Source: Euryarchaeota archaeon UBA602 | GTDB lineage: Archaea; Thermoplasmatota; Poseidoniia; Poseidoniales; Thalassarchaeaceae | Reading direction: 5' to 3' | Length of the DNA stretch: 62,276 bases | Assembly (NCBI GenBank): GCA_002498455.1 | Contig: DAHO01000052.1 | Span: 25,527 to 87,802 of the forward strand | In this document: positions 9,708 to 19,249 of the stretch, one piece after another | Position numbering within the stretch: position 1 is the stretch's first letter | Layout of the letters: each line of letters begins with the position of its first letter | Notes under the pieces: generated by a model | Databases searched by the model: none | Told to the model about the DNA's origin: nothing | Seen by the model: the letters and a program-made list of their open reading frames with translations, nothing else | Translations under genes and position numbers: made by a program

Positions 9708-12700
9708 ATGCCTACGAACGTATCTTCCTCCTCGGTCGCCGCCGGATTGACACTGCGAACGCAGAAATACCGTGCGGTTGGTCTGACTTTACTGATGATT
9801 TTCTCGAGCCTTGCAGCGCTACAATTTGCCAGTTGGGAAGCTGCGGCTTCCACCGATCAAGATGGCGATGGATTGACCCTTGGTCTTGAATTCCTTCTCA
9901 ATACCCAACCGACCGATTGGGACAGTGACAACGACGGCTTGCCCGATGGATGGGAATACCAGTATGGATTGGACCCCTTGGATGCCTCAAGTCTCGGCAA
10001 TGATGGCGCTGCCGGTGACCCCGACGGCGATGGTTTGACCAATCTACAGGAGTACACCTACCTCGAGCCTTCGACGTGGGATTTGTCCAGCACGCCCAGT
10101 GTATTGGACAACGGTGTATGGTGGAATGGCACAGTTCCTGTTCGAAATTGGGATGAAGAAACCGCCATGCAAGCCACTCAAGGCCAAGGTTCGGATGGAA
10201 CCGATGAAGATCCGATGGGCGACATGTGCAACGATAACATTGACAATGATTACGACGGCTTGGTCGATTCTCAAGATCCAGACAACGATGGTGATTCCAA
10301 CTGTGGGAGCGATGACGATGATGGAGACGGTGATATCGATGAAGATCCCGATGGCTGGGATACGGACAATGACGGGATGTCGGATGGTTGGGAAGTTGCC
10401 AATGGTCTGAACGCGACCAGCCCCTCAAACGCTGACGGTATGTTCGGCGACCCTGATGGCGATGGTCTAGTCAACATCTACGAATACATGAATCCGTCAT
10501 GGGACACCAGCAACAACGGCGTGGATTACTTCCAGCCCGGGCCTGCGAATAGCGGCCGAACAGAAACGATTTCTCCTTGCAATCCTGTTCTAGCGATTGG
10601 ACCGGGTGGTTGTACGACATTGACAGCTGAAGTCGACGGTGTATTCACGACAAATCCGTTGATTGCCGATACGGATGGCGATGGTCTGAATGACTCCCAC
10701 GAGGCTCTTGTCCTACTGACGGACCCCACTGACGTTGATACCGACAGTGACGGTATCGATGATGGTGTTGAAGTCAATGGATTGTACGGAAACCCGGCCC
10801 AGGCGAGTGACCCCCGCGACAACAACACCGATGACGATTTACTCGATGATGGTGATGAAGACAAGAACGGCAATGGGCAAATCGATGCCAATGAGACGGA
10901 CCCGACTCGTCGTGAAGATGCCGGAGACTTCGATAATGATGGGATTGAAAACTGGGAAGAAAACCTCTCCTGTACGCTCTGGAATGTCTTTGATTCTGAT
11001 TTCGGTGGCGTTGGTGATGGAGATGAGCGAAATTGGTCACACGGGACAGATCCCTGTGATTCTTTCATCGACTTCTCGTCATTGATTTCTAGTTATGACC
11101 CCGCCTTACAACGCTTAACGTTGGCCAATGCATCCGGTTTCAATCCCAACGGTGGAACTGGATATTACAACGATTCTAGTGGACAACATACCTCGTTCGC
11201 ATATTCTTCAATTCAATCTAACATTCTCTTGGGAGTCGCTCTACCTCCTCCAACGGGTACCACCGATGCTGTGAGTAAGAACGGTTCATGGTGTCATTAT
11301 GATGCGATTAACACAGGCACCATTGGCTCCACTCAACGCCATTGTGACGATGACTTCGAAGATACGGATGGAGATGGCCTAGCCGATTGGCAGGAATTGA
11401 TGGGTACCTTTGGATTCACATCTCTGCCCACTTTAGTCGATTCAGATGGCGACGGTGTCGATGACTACGATGAGGTCATGGGTGGAACCGACCCCATGGA
11501 ACCTTGTCACAATAATCTCGATTCAGATGGCGACCTGTTGAACAATTACTTTGAGAACAATACCGGTTGTCCAGTGTCATTCATCCCCGGCATCATTGGG
11601 AATGGAACTGTGGATACTTACGTCACAAACTATCTGGTCCCCGATACCGATGCCGGAGGTGTATGGGACGGTCAGGAATACATCGATGGGACTAACCCAC
11701 AGAACAATCCAAGCGACGATCAAAACCCAATCGATACCGACGGTGATGGAATCCCAGACAGTGTAGAGAACATCACGGGTACCGACTGGCGCGACCCTGA
11801 TACTGATGGCGGTGGCATGATTGATGGAGAAGAGTGCCCTCCTCCATTGTGGGTGTTCAACTGTATAGGTGGAAACTTCGACCCGTGGAACCCCAATGAT
11901 GATGTCATCCAAAATGAGATTGTATTCTATGCCAACAACACCACATTCGGTGTTGATGCAACGTTAGACCGATATTGGCGTGTTCATACTTATGATGCAT
12001 ACACGGGCGCGGCTTACGGAAAGAATGCATCCAACCAGATTTGGACCCCCGTGGCTCAAGGCTTCGGGAACGAACAGTGGATTGCGAACAGTACGTTCCG
12101 AAATTCGACCGAAAGTTGGTCTCTTGAATTCGTCAACCCGGTTGAGAGTGCCAACGTGCCCTACCCGTATGCGACAACAGGAATCATGGGTTGGGCCGAT
12201 ACATTGGCCAATCTCAGTCATGGTAACATTACTCACGACATTAAGGTAGAGGATGCCGGTTTGGTCGGGATGTTTGTTGATGCTCCTGAAATATGGTATG
12301 ACACCAGTGAGTTGGATTTGTCCATCCCATACGCAGGAGCAGGAACATATGCGTTGGATGTACCCAGTGAATTCAACGATCCATCCCATCCGTATTCAGA
12401 AGTATTCAACATCACGAATGCAGTCATCAATGATGCGGGTGCAGTGAGCGCCTATGACAAGGCTGTTGCAATCCAGGAGTTCCTCTTGAATGGGAATGGT
12501 ACTACCGAATATTTACGCAACTACGATGGTAGTGGTTTGCCGATTGGTGAAGATCTCACCTTCCACCTTGTTGTCGCAGCCAAGGAGGGTCGATGTACGG
12601 AATTCTCGACTGCCTTCACAACCATGCTACGCTTGGCAGGTCTTCCTGCGCGAAAGGTTACAGGATACCATGGGGGTTACTGGAATGGCCAAGGTTACAC

Positions 12701-15700
12701 TGTTGCAGGTGTACACTCTGATTCTTGGTCTGAAGTACACCTGCAGACCAACCCTGCCGGCAATTCATTGGACATGGGTTGGATTCCACTCGACCCTTGT
12801 CCAGCCGCAGCCCCGACGCAAGTTGTCAATGAAACTTGGGAACCATTGACGGTTCACCGCAATCTCTCAACAGGCAATATTTGGCTCAATGGTACCTTAG
12901 AGTTCACAGATAACAACACGGCGATTGAAAATCACACCGTCCGCCTCTATCTGATGCCACCGGCAATTGCCAACATCAATCCTAGTTTGGGCGCCACTGG
13001 TGCACGCCAATTGGGTGAGACAATCACCGGCTCACTTGGAAACTTTAGCCTACGTGGTGTACCGGCTGAAATCATCGAACCTGGTTATGGTTCATTGGTG
13101 GTTGAGGTCACTCAGGGTGGATATGTTGAACTGTCATACAAGACATTCAGCTGGACCATCAACGTCACGGATACTCTGAACATTACCCAAGATACACCTT
13201 CGTTACCTGGAGAACCAATTGTAGGAGCAGGGACGACAACACTGGTTTCCGGAAACGTGCGATGGGAAAGCATTCCATTCCTCGACCCAAGCGATGTTGG
13301 TTCGCTAATCTTGTTCATGAACTACACCAGTTCGGTTGATGGTGCCGTGTCTATGCAAACCACTGTAGGTGAAGATGGGTATTACGAGTTCAATGTCACA
13401 CTTGATGAGAATGAGAATATTGGACTCTTGCCTGCAGTCATTGAGTTCCCGGGTTGGCATGTCGATGGTCTACATCTTGTATCGCCACCAACTTACCATG
13501 CCTTACCGAGTACCTACAACTTGAATTTCAACATCAGTGCCGCCCCCAATCTCACTGCGACATTGGAAGGACCCGGTGCCAATGATTCACTACTACCAGT
13601 CGATGAGAATCTATTCATCAACGGTACCGTACTCTCTCGCGGTGTATCTGTTGTACCAATGGAAGGAACACTTTGGTTGCAAATGCGGATGAACGGTTCT
13701 TCCGGTCCGATGGAGAATATCACATCATGGGTCCTCAACTCTTCTACCTGGTCTTCAAGCCCAGGAAACTTCAGTCTGGTATGGAATTTCAGCGTTGCAA
13801 ATGCTCAAATGCTGGATCCTGGCTATCTTGATGTCGAGTTGCTCTTCATCCCAGATGTCCTCGGTGCCAGTGACATTGCAGGGCTCCAAGAAGAATCAAC
13901 GAACACAGGGCTGAATTATGGTTTACAGACGATTGTCAATATCGAATACAACATTGGTCCCCTTGAAAGAGGAGTTGATACGACATCCGTCATCGGTTTG
14001 ACAGATCACCGTGGTAACTACGTATTGCCGGCTAACGGAACTTATCTTTCGACATTCAACGGGCAATTAATCGCCACGAACAATTCAGTGGATGCCGAGT
14101 CGGGTTCTTTGATTATCGATTGGGTCCCAGATCCGAGTACACCTGTTGGTGACTATGTTTGGTACACCAACTATACATCGTCGACACAATGGTACAAGGA
14201 TGCAACCAGCCAAGGTGATGTTCGAGTCACTGGATTGATCCTCATCAGTTCAACCTTGGCTTCGGATTGGGTTCACATCGGTTCGACAACCTACATTACT
14301 GGTGATATGCGTGATGATTTGACCAACAATATAATCACGGGCAATCAGACAACCCTCATCTTTGAATTTGAGATTCCCGGTGTGGGTCCACCGGATCCAA
14401 TGGGTAACCCTCCTCCCCCCACACTGATTCCAATCGGTTCGGTTCCGGTGAATTCAACCACGGGTCTGTACAATTTCTCATTCACGATGCCCACCAATAT
14501 GCCTGGTGGAATTTGGGACATCAGCGTCTCTGCAGACTTTGCAGCGGGCGCTCCACCCGGTGGTGCTTACTACAATCTGGAAGAACCTTACACTTTTGAA
14601 ATTGGGACCGAGTCCGAGTCGACTCTGCTGGTCAACAATTCAAACCTCCTTGTGGAAGTGAGCAATGACTTGGTGATTGAAGTCGACGTCAAAGATATTG
14701 CAGCGTTCTATTCTGAAGCCCCCCTCGGTCTTGAAGACATGCAAAACATCTCTCAAGCCGGTGTTGAATTCTTCTGGGATGCAAATGGGGCCAACACCTC
14801 CTTGGGAACATTCGCGACCAACAGTGATGGCCGTGTGACTCTGACATGGACGGTTCCACTACAGCAGGAGCCGGGGTATTACGATGTATGGATGGTCATG
14901 TATGATGACCAGAGTGATACGTTGTCGACCAACAATGGTGCGCGCTACACGGGCAACGATACCATGGCAAATGTTACTGTACAAGTGATTAGTTCTGTCG
15001 TATTCGATCCGTCGACTCCCACAACAGTAGTTGCTGGAACCAATTTCCAGCTGACAGGAGTTGTGCAAGATTCAGTCAATTCTTCACGACCGTTCTCTGG
15101 GCCGGTTCGTGTGGATGTTTTCTGGTTGGATGAACCCGATGAATTGCTTGCGTCCGGATTTACTACCGCAGTAAATGGGACCTTCAACCTCAGTGTGAAC
15201 TCTGATCCGGAACTTGATGGAATCACCAGTGGTAATCACACCCTTGTTGTCTCAGTCATTGAGGGTTCCAATCCATTCTATCTTACTGCGACCGGTACGC
15301 ATGACATACTGGTGATGGGTGTCACCGACTTTGAGCAAACCTATCCTCTCTCCGGAATCGTCGTTAATCGTGGTGATTCTGTGACATTCGGAGGAAAGTT
15401 GGTCGAGACCACAGACTTTGGCTGTGACACCTGCAACGGTGCTCCACGAGTCCTCAACTTCACCACCGTATCTTCTCAATTCCATGACACATGGCTGGCT
15501 GAAACCGCTACGGATGTGAATGGTAGTGTTGAATTCACATACAACATCCCAACCACACAACCGTTGGGTCCAATCACCATTACACTTCACTACAATGGAA
15601 CTTGGAACCTGCTCCCGGATGCCAGCCCAATCAACACCGTCACGGTCCGTTCAATCACCGTCTTGGTCGTAGATACCATCACGGACAACCCAATTGCGGG

Positions 15701-18700
15701 TGGTGGATTCAATGTGACGGGTACTCTGGTATCAGACAATGGTTCTGCAATCATCACTCGTGATGGTACGCCCATGCTACCGACTCTCACTTTCGATATT
15801 GATGGGTTCACGAACACATTCACTGTGGCCAATGGGACCGCTCAAGGCAACGGTAGTTGGTGGGCCTGGGTGACTCTTGATGCGGATTTCCCACGTGGTA
15901 CGCATCTGATTACGGCCGAGTACACCCCAACGGTCAACTTCTACGAGTTTAGTACAGCAAACAACACGTTCGACAGTCGAGGGTATTCTGTACTGACAAT
16001 TACGTCCCCATTGGACTTGAATCTGGAAGATCGAACTGTGAGAGGTGACAATTTCACTCTCAACATCTCTTTGGTCGACAATGCTGGGAATCCGATTGCC
16101 AATGAAACGGTTTCAATTGACCCCGTCGGTATGAACACACCTCTGACAGTTACGACCGATGCGAATGGATTCGGTACGGTGGAAATCCAAGTCCTGAATA
16201 CAACCGTGCCAGGCCCACATACAATCTTGGCAAATTATGCAGGATTGAACGGCACTACTGGTGTAATCGGTGACGCCACTTCGACGCGAATTGTCATTCT
16301 TGCTCCGACGGTCTTGACCATTGACAGCATAGAGGGTGAGTTGATTGCCGGACAAACTTTGATCGTCAATGGTACCTTGCTAGATGAGTGGGGAATGCCT
16401 CTTCTCGACACTGAAGGCAATGCTTCCGGTGGAGTCATTCACCTGATTATCGATGGCAACAATGTCGGCAGCACCTGGGCAACCATTTCCAACGGTTCCA
16501 CAGGTGAGTACTCTCTCGTATACACGCTTCCACAGGATACCGAAGCTGGAGGCCATGCGCTCGAAGTGAGATTCCTTGGTGGCTACCTATGGGTAGATCC
16601 GGTGGGTGCAGGCGATTCAGTCAATCCCGAGTACTATCTAGGCTCTACCGCTTCAGCAGAGTTCAATGTAACACAACCGACATCGGTTGAAATTGTCGCT
16701 GGTGGCGGAGAGATTGATCGAGAACAGCTGATTTCATTGAGTGGAATTTTGGTTGACTCCGTCGACCGACCTGTAGCAAACATGACGATTAGCATCTATC
16801 TAGATGGTGTGTTCCTGACAAATGTAACAAGCAATGAGAACGGTACATTCGACGTATTCTATCCAGTACCTGCTGACATGACTCTTGGTCCGGTCACCAT
16901 GGATGTTGAGTATGCTGGGGCGACATTCTATCTGCCCTCGAGTTCAAGCATCGATTGGCAAGTGTTTAGTTCAGTCAATATCGAAATAACGCCCCCCGAA
17001 GCGGTTGCGATTGGTGATACGGTGGCCTTTACCGGTACAGTTCGTGACAATTTACCAGCGGGGTGGGTCGCAGGCCACAATGTCGATGTTCGAATCAATG
17101 GCATGCTCATTGGCAATGCAACCACGGATGAAAACGGCATTTGGATTCTGAATTGGACCATCCCAACGAACATGGAATTGGGTAGCCACGACATCGAAGT
17201 CTACGCTCCTGAGCAAGGATGGTATCGGAGTGGAGTCGCTAACCAAACACTATCCGTCGCGCACCATTCTGCGATTTCACTATCCGCCAACGGCGGTGAT
17301 GCGACACGTGGCTTTGATTGGTTCATCTCGGGCCGGTTGTACGATAGTGATGTTGTCGGACTTCCAGGAATTGCAAATGTGGAGGTTCAGGTGGCACTCG
17401 ATGGTGCCTCTATTGCTACCTTGACCACCGATGAAAATGGGAATTTCACTTTATCGATCCCAGTCGATATGTCCAGCACACGCGGTGACCATCTCGTTAC
17501 AGTTCTATACCCAGGCGATTCCTCTTGGTTGGGTAGTGAAAATGAAGTGACCGTCACAACTTGGGCTGATGTAGATGTGCAAATCACATTTGTATCAGAC
17601 AATTCAATTCGAAGCGATTCAACCCATCCAGTACGAATTGAGGGCCGTGTCGATGAAGTGGGTGGCAACGGAAACACACTGTCGAACCTCTCATTGGTGC
17701 TGATGGATGGCAATACATCATTGCCAACATCGAACCTTGTTTGGGACAACCTAACTGGCGGATTCGTGATTGAATTCACTGCTGATCGGTTCATGAATCC
17801 GGGTGAAATCACATTGATTCTCACGAGTGAACAAGACAATCTGCGTTATCTCAATTCTGGGAATACCACAGCCGAACTGTTCCTGCGCGTACGCGCAACA
17901 TTCGAAATTAATCCAGAGACCATCACTGTTGCTTGGGATTCACATTCGATTAACGGCACTGTGACTGTTAGAGACTTGTTTTCAAGTCAAGTAATCCCAG
18001 GAGTCGCCATTGAAGCGCATCTACAGAACCAATCTGAGATTGAGCCGTTTGAGATGTTCTTGGCAGGCTATACGGACGAAGGTGGGGTCTGGTCATTCGA
18101 ATTCTCAGTACCTGAGGCACTACCGCCCCTGTCGGATCAAGACTACTGGGGTACTCTGTACTTGCAATTCAACAGTTCATCCGTCGAACTTTCAGAAGAC
18201 AGTCGTGACAACCTCGCGCGTGACATCTACATGCTCGAATATGAGTCACAGAGTGAGGCCGCAGACAGTGTCTCGAATTGGGTTTATGCCGTTGTATTGG
18301 CACTTGTTATTGCTGCGGGTGCAGGCGCTTGGGTTCTCTATACACGCCGCCGGGAAGCAATCGATGAGTTGGCGGAAATCTTCTCATATACTGCCGAGCT
18401 TTTGGCAGCAGGGGATGCGATTCGAGAAGCGATTTTCCACTGCTATGAAGAACTCTGTGGCGTCTTGATGGCCCATGGTCATCTACGTCGAGACTTCGAA
18501 ACCGTTCGAGAGTTTGAAATGGCGATTCGTAAGGCGATGCCAACCATTAGTGATGAGGCCTTGACTGCTCTTGACAACATGTTTGAGATTGCGAGATACA
18601 GCCGACAAGAACTGGGCGAAAGTCACCGCAGCCAAGCAGCAGCGGCTCTTCAACGAGCAATCGCAGAAATCGAGAATGCAGTTCAAATGCCTGCAACTGC

Positions 18701-18719
18701 AGCTCCACCAACGGCTTAA
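9708..18719 (+). CDS. Giant (3003 aa) surface protein: Ca-binding DxDxDG repeats, transglutaminase-like domain, Ig-like repeats, TM and DUF4129-like cytoplasmic tail
   Basis: Signal peptide; many DTDGDGL repeats; EGRCTEFSTAFTTMLRLAGLPARKVTGY...WSEV...GWIPLDP; TM WVYAVVLALVIAAGAGAWVLY; ETVREFE...FEIARYS tail. Confidence 0.88.
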   Translation: MPTNVSSSSVAAGLTLRTQKYRAVGLTLLMIFSSLAALQFASWEAAASTDQDGDGLTLGLEFLLNTQPTDWDSDNDGLPDGWEYQYGLDPLDASSLGNDGAAGDPDGDGLTNLQEYTYLEPSTWDLSSTPSVLDNGVWWNGTVPVRNWDEETAMQATQGQGSDGTDEDPMGDMCNDNIDNDYDGLVDSQDPDNDGDSNCGSDDDDGDGDIDEDPDGWDTDNDGMSDGWEVANGLNATSPSNADGMFGDPDGDGLVNIYEYMNPSWDTSNNGVDYFQPGPANSGRTETISPCNPVLAIGPGGCTTLTAEVDGVFTTNPLIADTDGDGLNDSHEALVLLTDPTDVDTDSDGIDDGVEVNGLYGNPAQASDPRDNNTDDDLLDDGDEDKNGNGQIDANETDPTRREDAGDFDNDGIENWEENLSCTLWNVFDSDFGGVGDGDERNWSHGTDPCDSFIDFSSLISSYDPALQRLTLANASGFNPNGGTGYYNDSSGQHTSFAYSSIQSNILLGVALPPPTGTTDAVSKNGSWCHYDAINTGTIGSTQRHCDDDFEDTDGDGLADWQELMGTFGFTSLPTLVDSDGDGVDDYDEVMGGTDPMEPCHNNLDSDGDLLNNYFENNTGCPVSFIPGIIGNGTVDTYVTNYLVPDTDAGGVWDGQEYIDGTNPQNNPSDDQNPIDTDGDGIPDSVENITGTDWRDPDTDGGGMIDGEECPPPLWVFNCIGGNFDPWNPNDDVIQNEIVFYANNTTFGVDATLDRYWRVHTYDAYTGAAYGKNASNQIWTPVAQGFGNEQWIANSTFRNSTESWSLEFVNPVESANVPYPYATTGIMGWADTLANLSHGNITHDIKVEDAGLVGMFVDAPEIWYDTSELDLSIPYAGAGTYALDVPSEFNDPSHPYSEVFNITNAVINDAGAVSAYDKAVAIQEFLLNGNGTTEYLRNYDGSGLPIGEDLTFHLVVAAKEGRCTEFSTAFTTMLRLAGLPARKVTGYHGGYWNGQGYTVAGVHSDSWSEVHLQTNPAGNSLDMGWIPLDPCPAAAPTQVVNETWEPLTVHRNLSTGNIWLNGTLEFTDNNTAIENHTVRLYLMPPAIANINPSLGATGARQLGETITGSLGNFSLRGVPAEIIEPGYGSLVVEVTQGGYVELSYKTFSWTINVTDTLNITQDTPSLPGEPIVGAGTTTLVSGNVRWESIPFLDPSDVGSLILFMNYTSSVDGAVSMQTTVGEDGYYEFNVTLDENENIGLLPAVIEFPGWHVDGLHLVSPPTYHALPSTYNLNFNISAAPNLTATLEGPGANDSLLPVDENLFINGTVLSRGVSVVPMEGTLWLQMRMNGSSGPMENITSWVLNSSTWSSSPGNFSLVWNFSVANAQMLDPGYLDVELLFIPDVLGASDIAGLQEESTNTGLNYGLQTIVNIEYNIGPLERGVDTTSVIGLTDHRGNYVLPANGTYLSTFNGQLIATNNSVDAESGSLIIDWVPDPSTPVGDYVWYTNYTSSTQWYKDATSQGDVRVTGLILISSTLASDWVHIGSTTYITGDMRDDLTNNIITGNQTTLIFEFEIPGVGPPDPMGNPPPPTLIPIGSVPVNSTTGLYNFSFTMPTNMPGGIWDISVSADFAAGAPPGGAYYNLEEPYTFEIGTESESTLLVNNSNLLVEVSNDLVIEVDVKDIAAFYSEAPLGLEDMQNISQAGVEFFWDANGANTSLGTFATNSDGRVTLTWTVPLQQEPGYYDVWMVMYDDQSDTLSTNNGARYTGNDTMANVTVQVISSVVFDPSTPTTVVAGTNFQLTGVVQDSVNSSRPFSGPVRVDVFWLDEPDELLASGFTTAVNGTFNLSVNSDPELDGITSGNHTLVVSVIEGSNPFYLTATGTHDILVMGVTDFEQTYPLSGIVVNRGDSVTFGGKLVETTDFGCDTCNGAPRVLNFTTVSSQFHDTWLAETATDVNGSVEFTYNIPTTQPLGPITITLHYNGTWNLLPDASPINTVTVRSITVLVVDTITDNPIAGGGFNVTGTLVSDNGSAIITRDGTPMLPTLTFDIDGFTNTFTVANGTAQGNGSWWAWVTLDADFPRGTHLITAEYTPTVNFYEFSTANNTFDSRGYSVLTITSPLDLNLEDRTVRGDNFTLNISLVDNAGNPIANETVSIDPVGMNTPLTVTTDANGFGTVEIQVLNTTVPGPHTILANYAGLNGTTGVIGDATSTRIVILAPTVLTIDSIEGELIAGQTLIVNGTLLDEWGMPLLDTEGNASGGVIHLIIDGNNVGSTWATISNGSTGEYSLVYTLPQDTEAGGHALEVRFLGGYLWVDPVGAGDSVNPEYYLGSTASAEFNVTQPTSVEIVAGGGEIDREQLISLSGILVDSVDRPVANMTISIYLDGVFLTNVTSNENGTFDVFYPVPADMTLGPVTMDVEYAGATFYLPSSSSIDWQVFSSVNIEITPPEAVAIGDTVAFTGTVRDNLPAGWVAGHNVDVRINGMLIGNATTDENGIWILNWTIPTNMELGSHDIEVYAPEQGWYRSGVANQTLSVAHHSAISLSANGGDATRGFDWFISGRLYDSDVVGLPGIANVEVQVALDGASIATLTTDENGNFTLSIPVDMSSTRGDHLVTVLYPGDSSWLGSENEVTVTTWADVDVQITFVSDNSIRSDSTHPVRIEGRVDEVGGNGNTLSNLSLVLMDGNTSLPTSNLVWDNLTGGFVIEFTADRFMNPGEITLILTSEQDNLRYLNSGNTTAELFLRVRATFEINPETITVAWDSHSINGTVTVRDLFSSQVIPGVAIEAHLQNQSEIEPFEMFLAGYTDEGGVWSFEFSVPEALPPLSDQDYWGTLYLQFNSSSVELSEDSRDNLARDIYMLEYESQSEAADSVSNWVYAVVLALVIAAGAGAWVLYTRRREAIDELAEIFSYTAELLAAGDAIREAIFHCYEELCGVLMAHGHLRRDFETVREFEMAIRKAMPTISDEALTALDNMFEIARYSRQELGESHRSQAAAALQRAIAEIENAVQMPATAAPPTA

Positions 18720-19222
18720 CGGTCCTGATTGAATTCCAGAATCAGGCTGTTGCCCCGCCACCCGGCTTGGGCCAGTTGACTCCCCGCAGGTAGTGTGAAT
18801 GTTCGCGATAGTTTGGATCCGTCAACTCCCTCAGCTTGCAGTTTCAGAGCGGTGATTTCACCATCGATTGCCATTTCCAATTGAACGTGATCTTGAATGG
18901 CACCTTGTAACGGTAGGACGAGCGAATCACCTTCTCGAAAGCCCCCAAGTGTTGCAATTGCAGTGTCGGCCGTTTGCAGGTTCGATATTGCTGAGAAATG
19001 TGCTTCAACCTCTCCACCCGCGGTCGCAAGAAGTGACGCATGAGCATTTTGCGTTTCCTGTAAATGTGGTAAATCGGTTAGAAAAGCCTCATGCAAATTC
19101 GATGGACTCGCTGAAAGCCCTGCAAGAATGGGCTCAGGCTTGGCTTTCTCACCCTGGTCGGGAATGCTGACCAATTCAACGTTAGTCCAATCCATGTCCT
19201 CTCCCCACTCACTCCGCATCAT
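18716..19222 (-). CDS. Hypothetical protein; C-terminus weakly Hsp20/alpha-crystallin-like
   Basis: 168-aa ORF downstream of the helicase, ending SRTFTLP...AGWRGNSLILEF. Start may be at 19195. Confidence 0.5.
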   Translation of the reverse strand: MMRSEWGEDMDWTNVELVSIPDQGEKAKPEPILAGLSASPSNLHEAFLTDLPHLQETQNAHASLLATAGGEVEAHFSAISNLQTADTAIATLGGFREGDSLVLPLQGAIQDHVQLEMAIDGEITALKLQAEGVDGSKLSRTFTLPAGSQLAQAGWRGNSLILEFNQDR

Positions 19223-19249
19223 TGGGTGTCCTTGAACCCATCCATGGGC

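Noticed and set aside
9850..11910. CRISPR array or DNA tandem repeat
   Set aside because: The periodicity comes from protein-level DxDxDG repeats with divergent codons; there are no identical repeat-spacer units. The same applies to 24170-25640.
6441..18719. Genomic island integrated at tRNA-Leu
   Set aside because: No integrase or transposase, and no duplicated tRNA 3' end seen.
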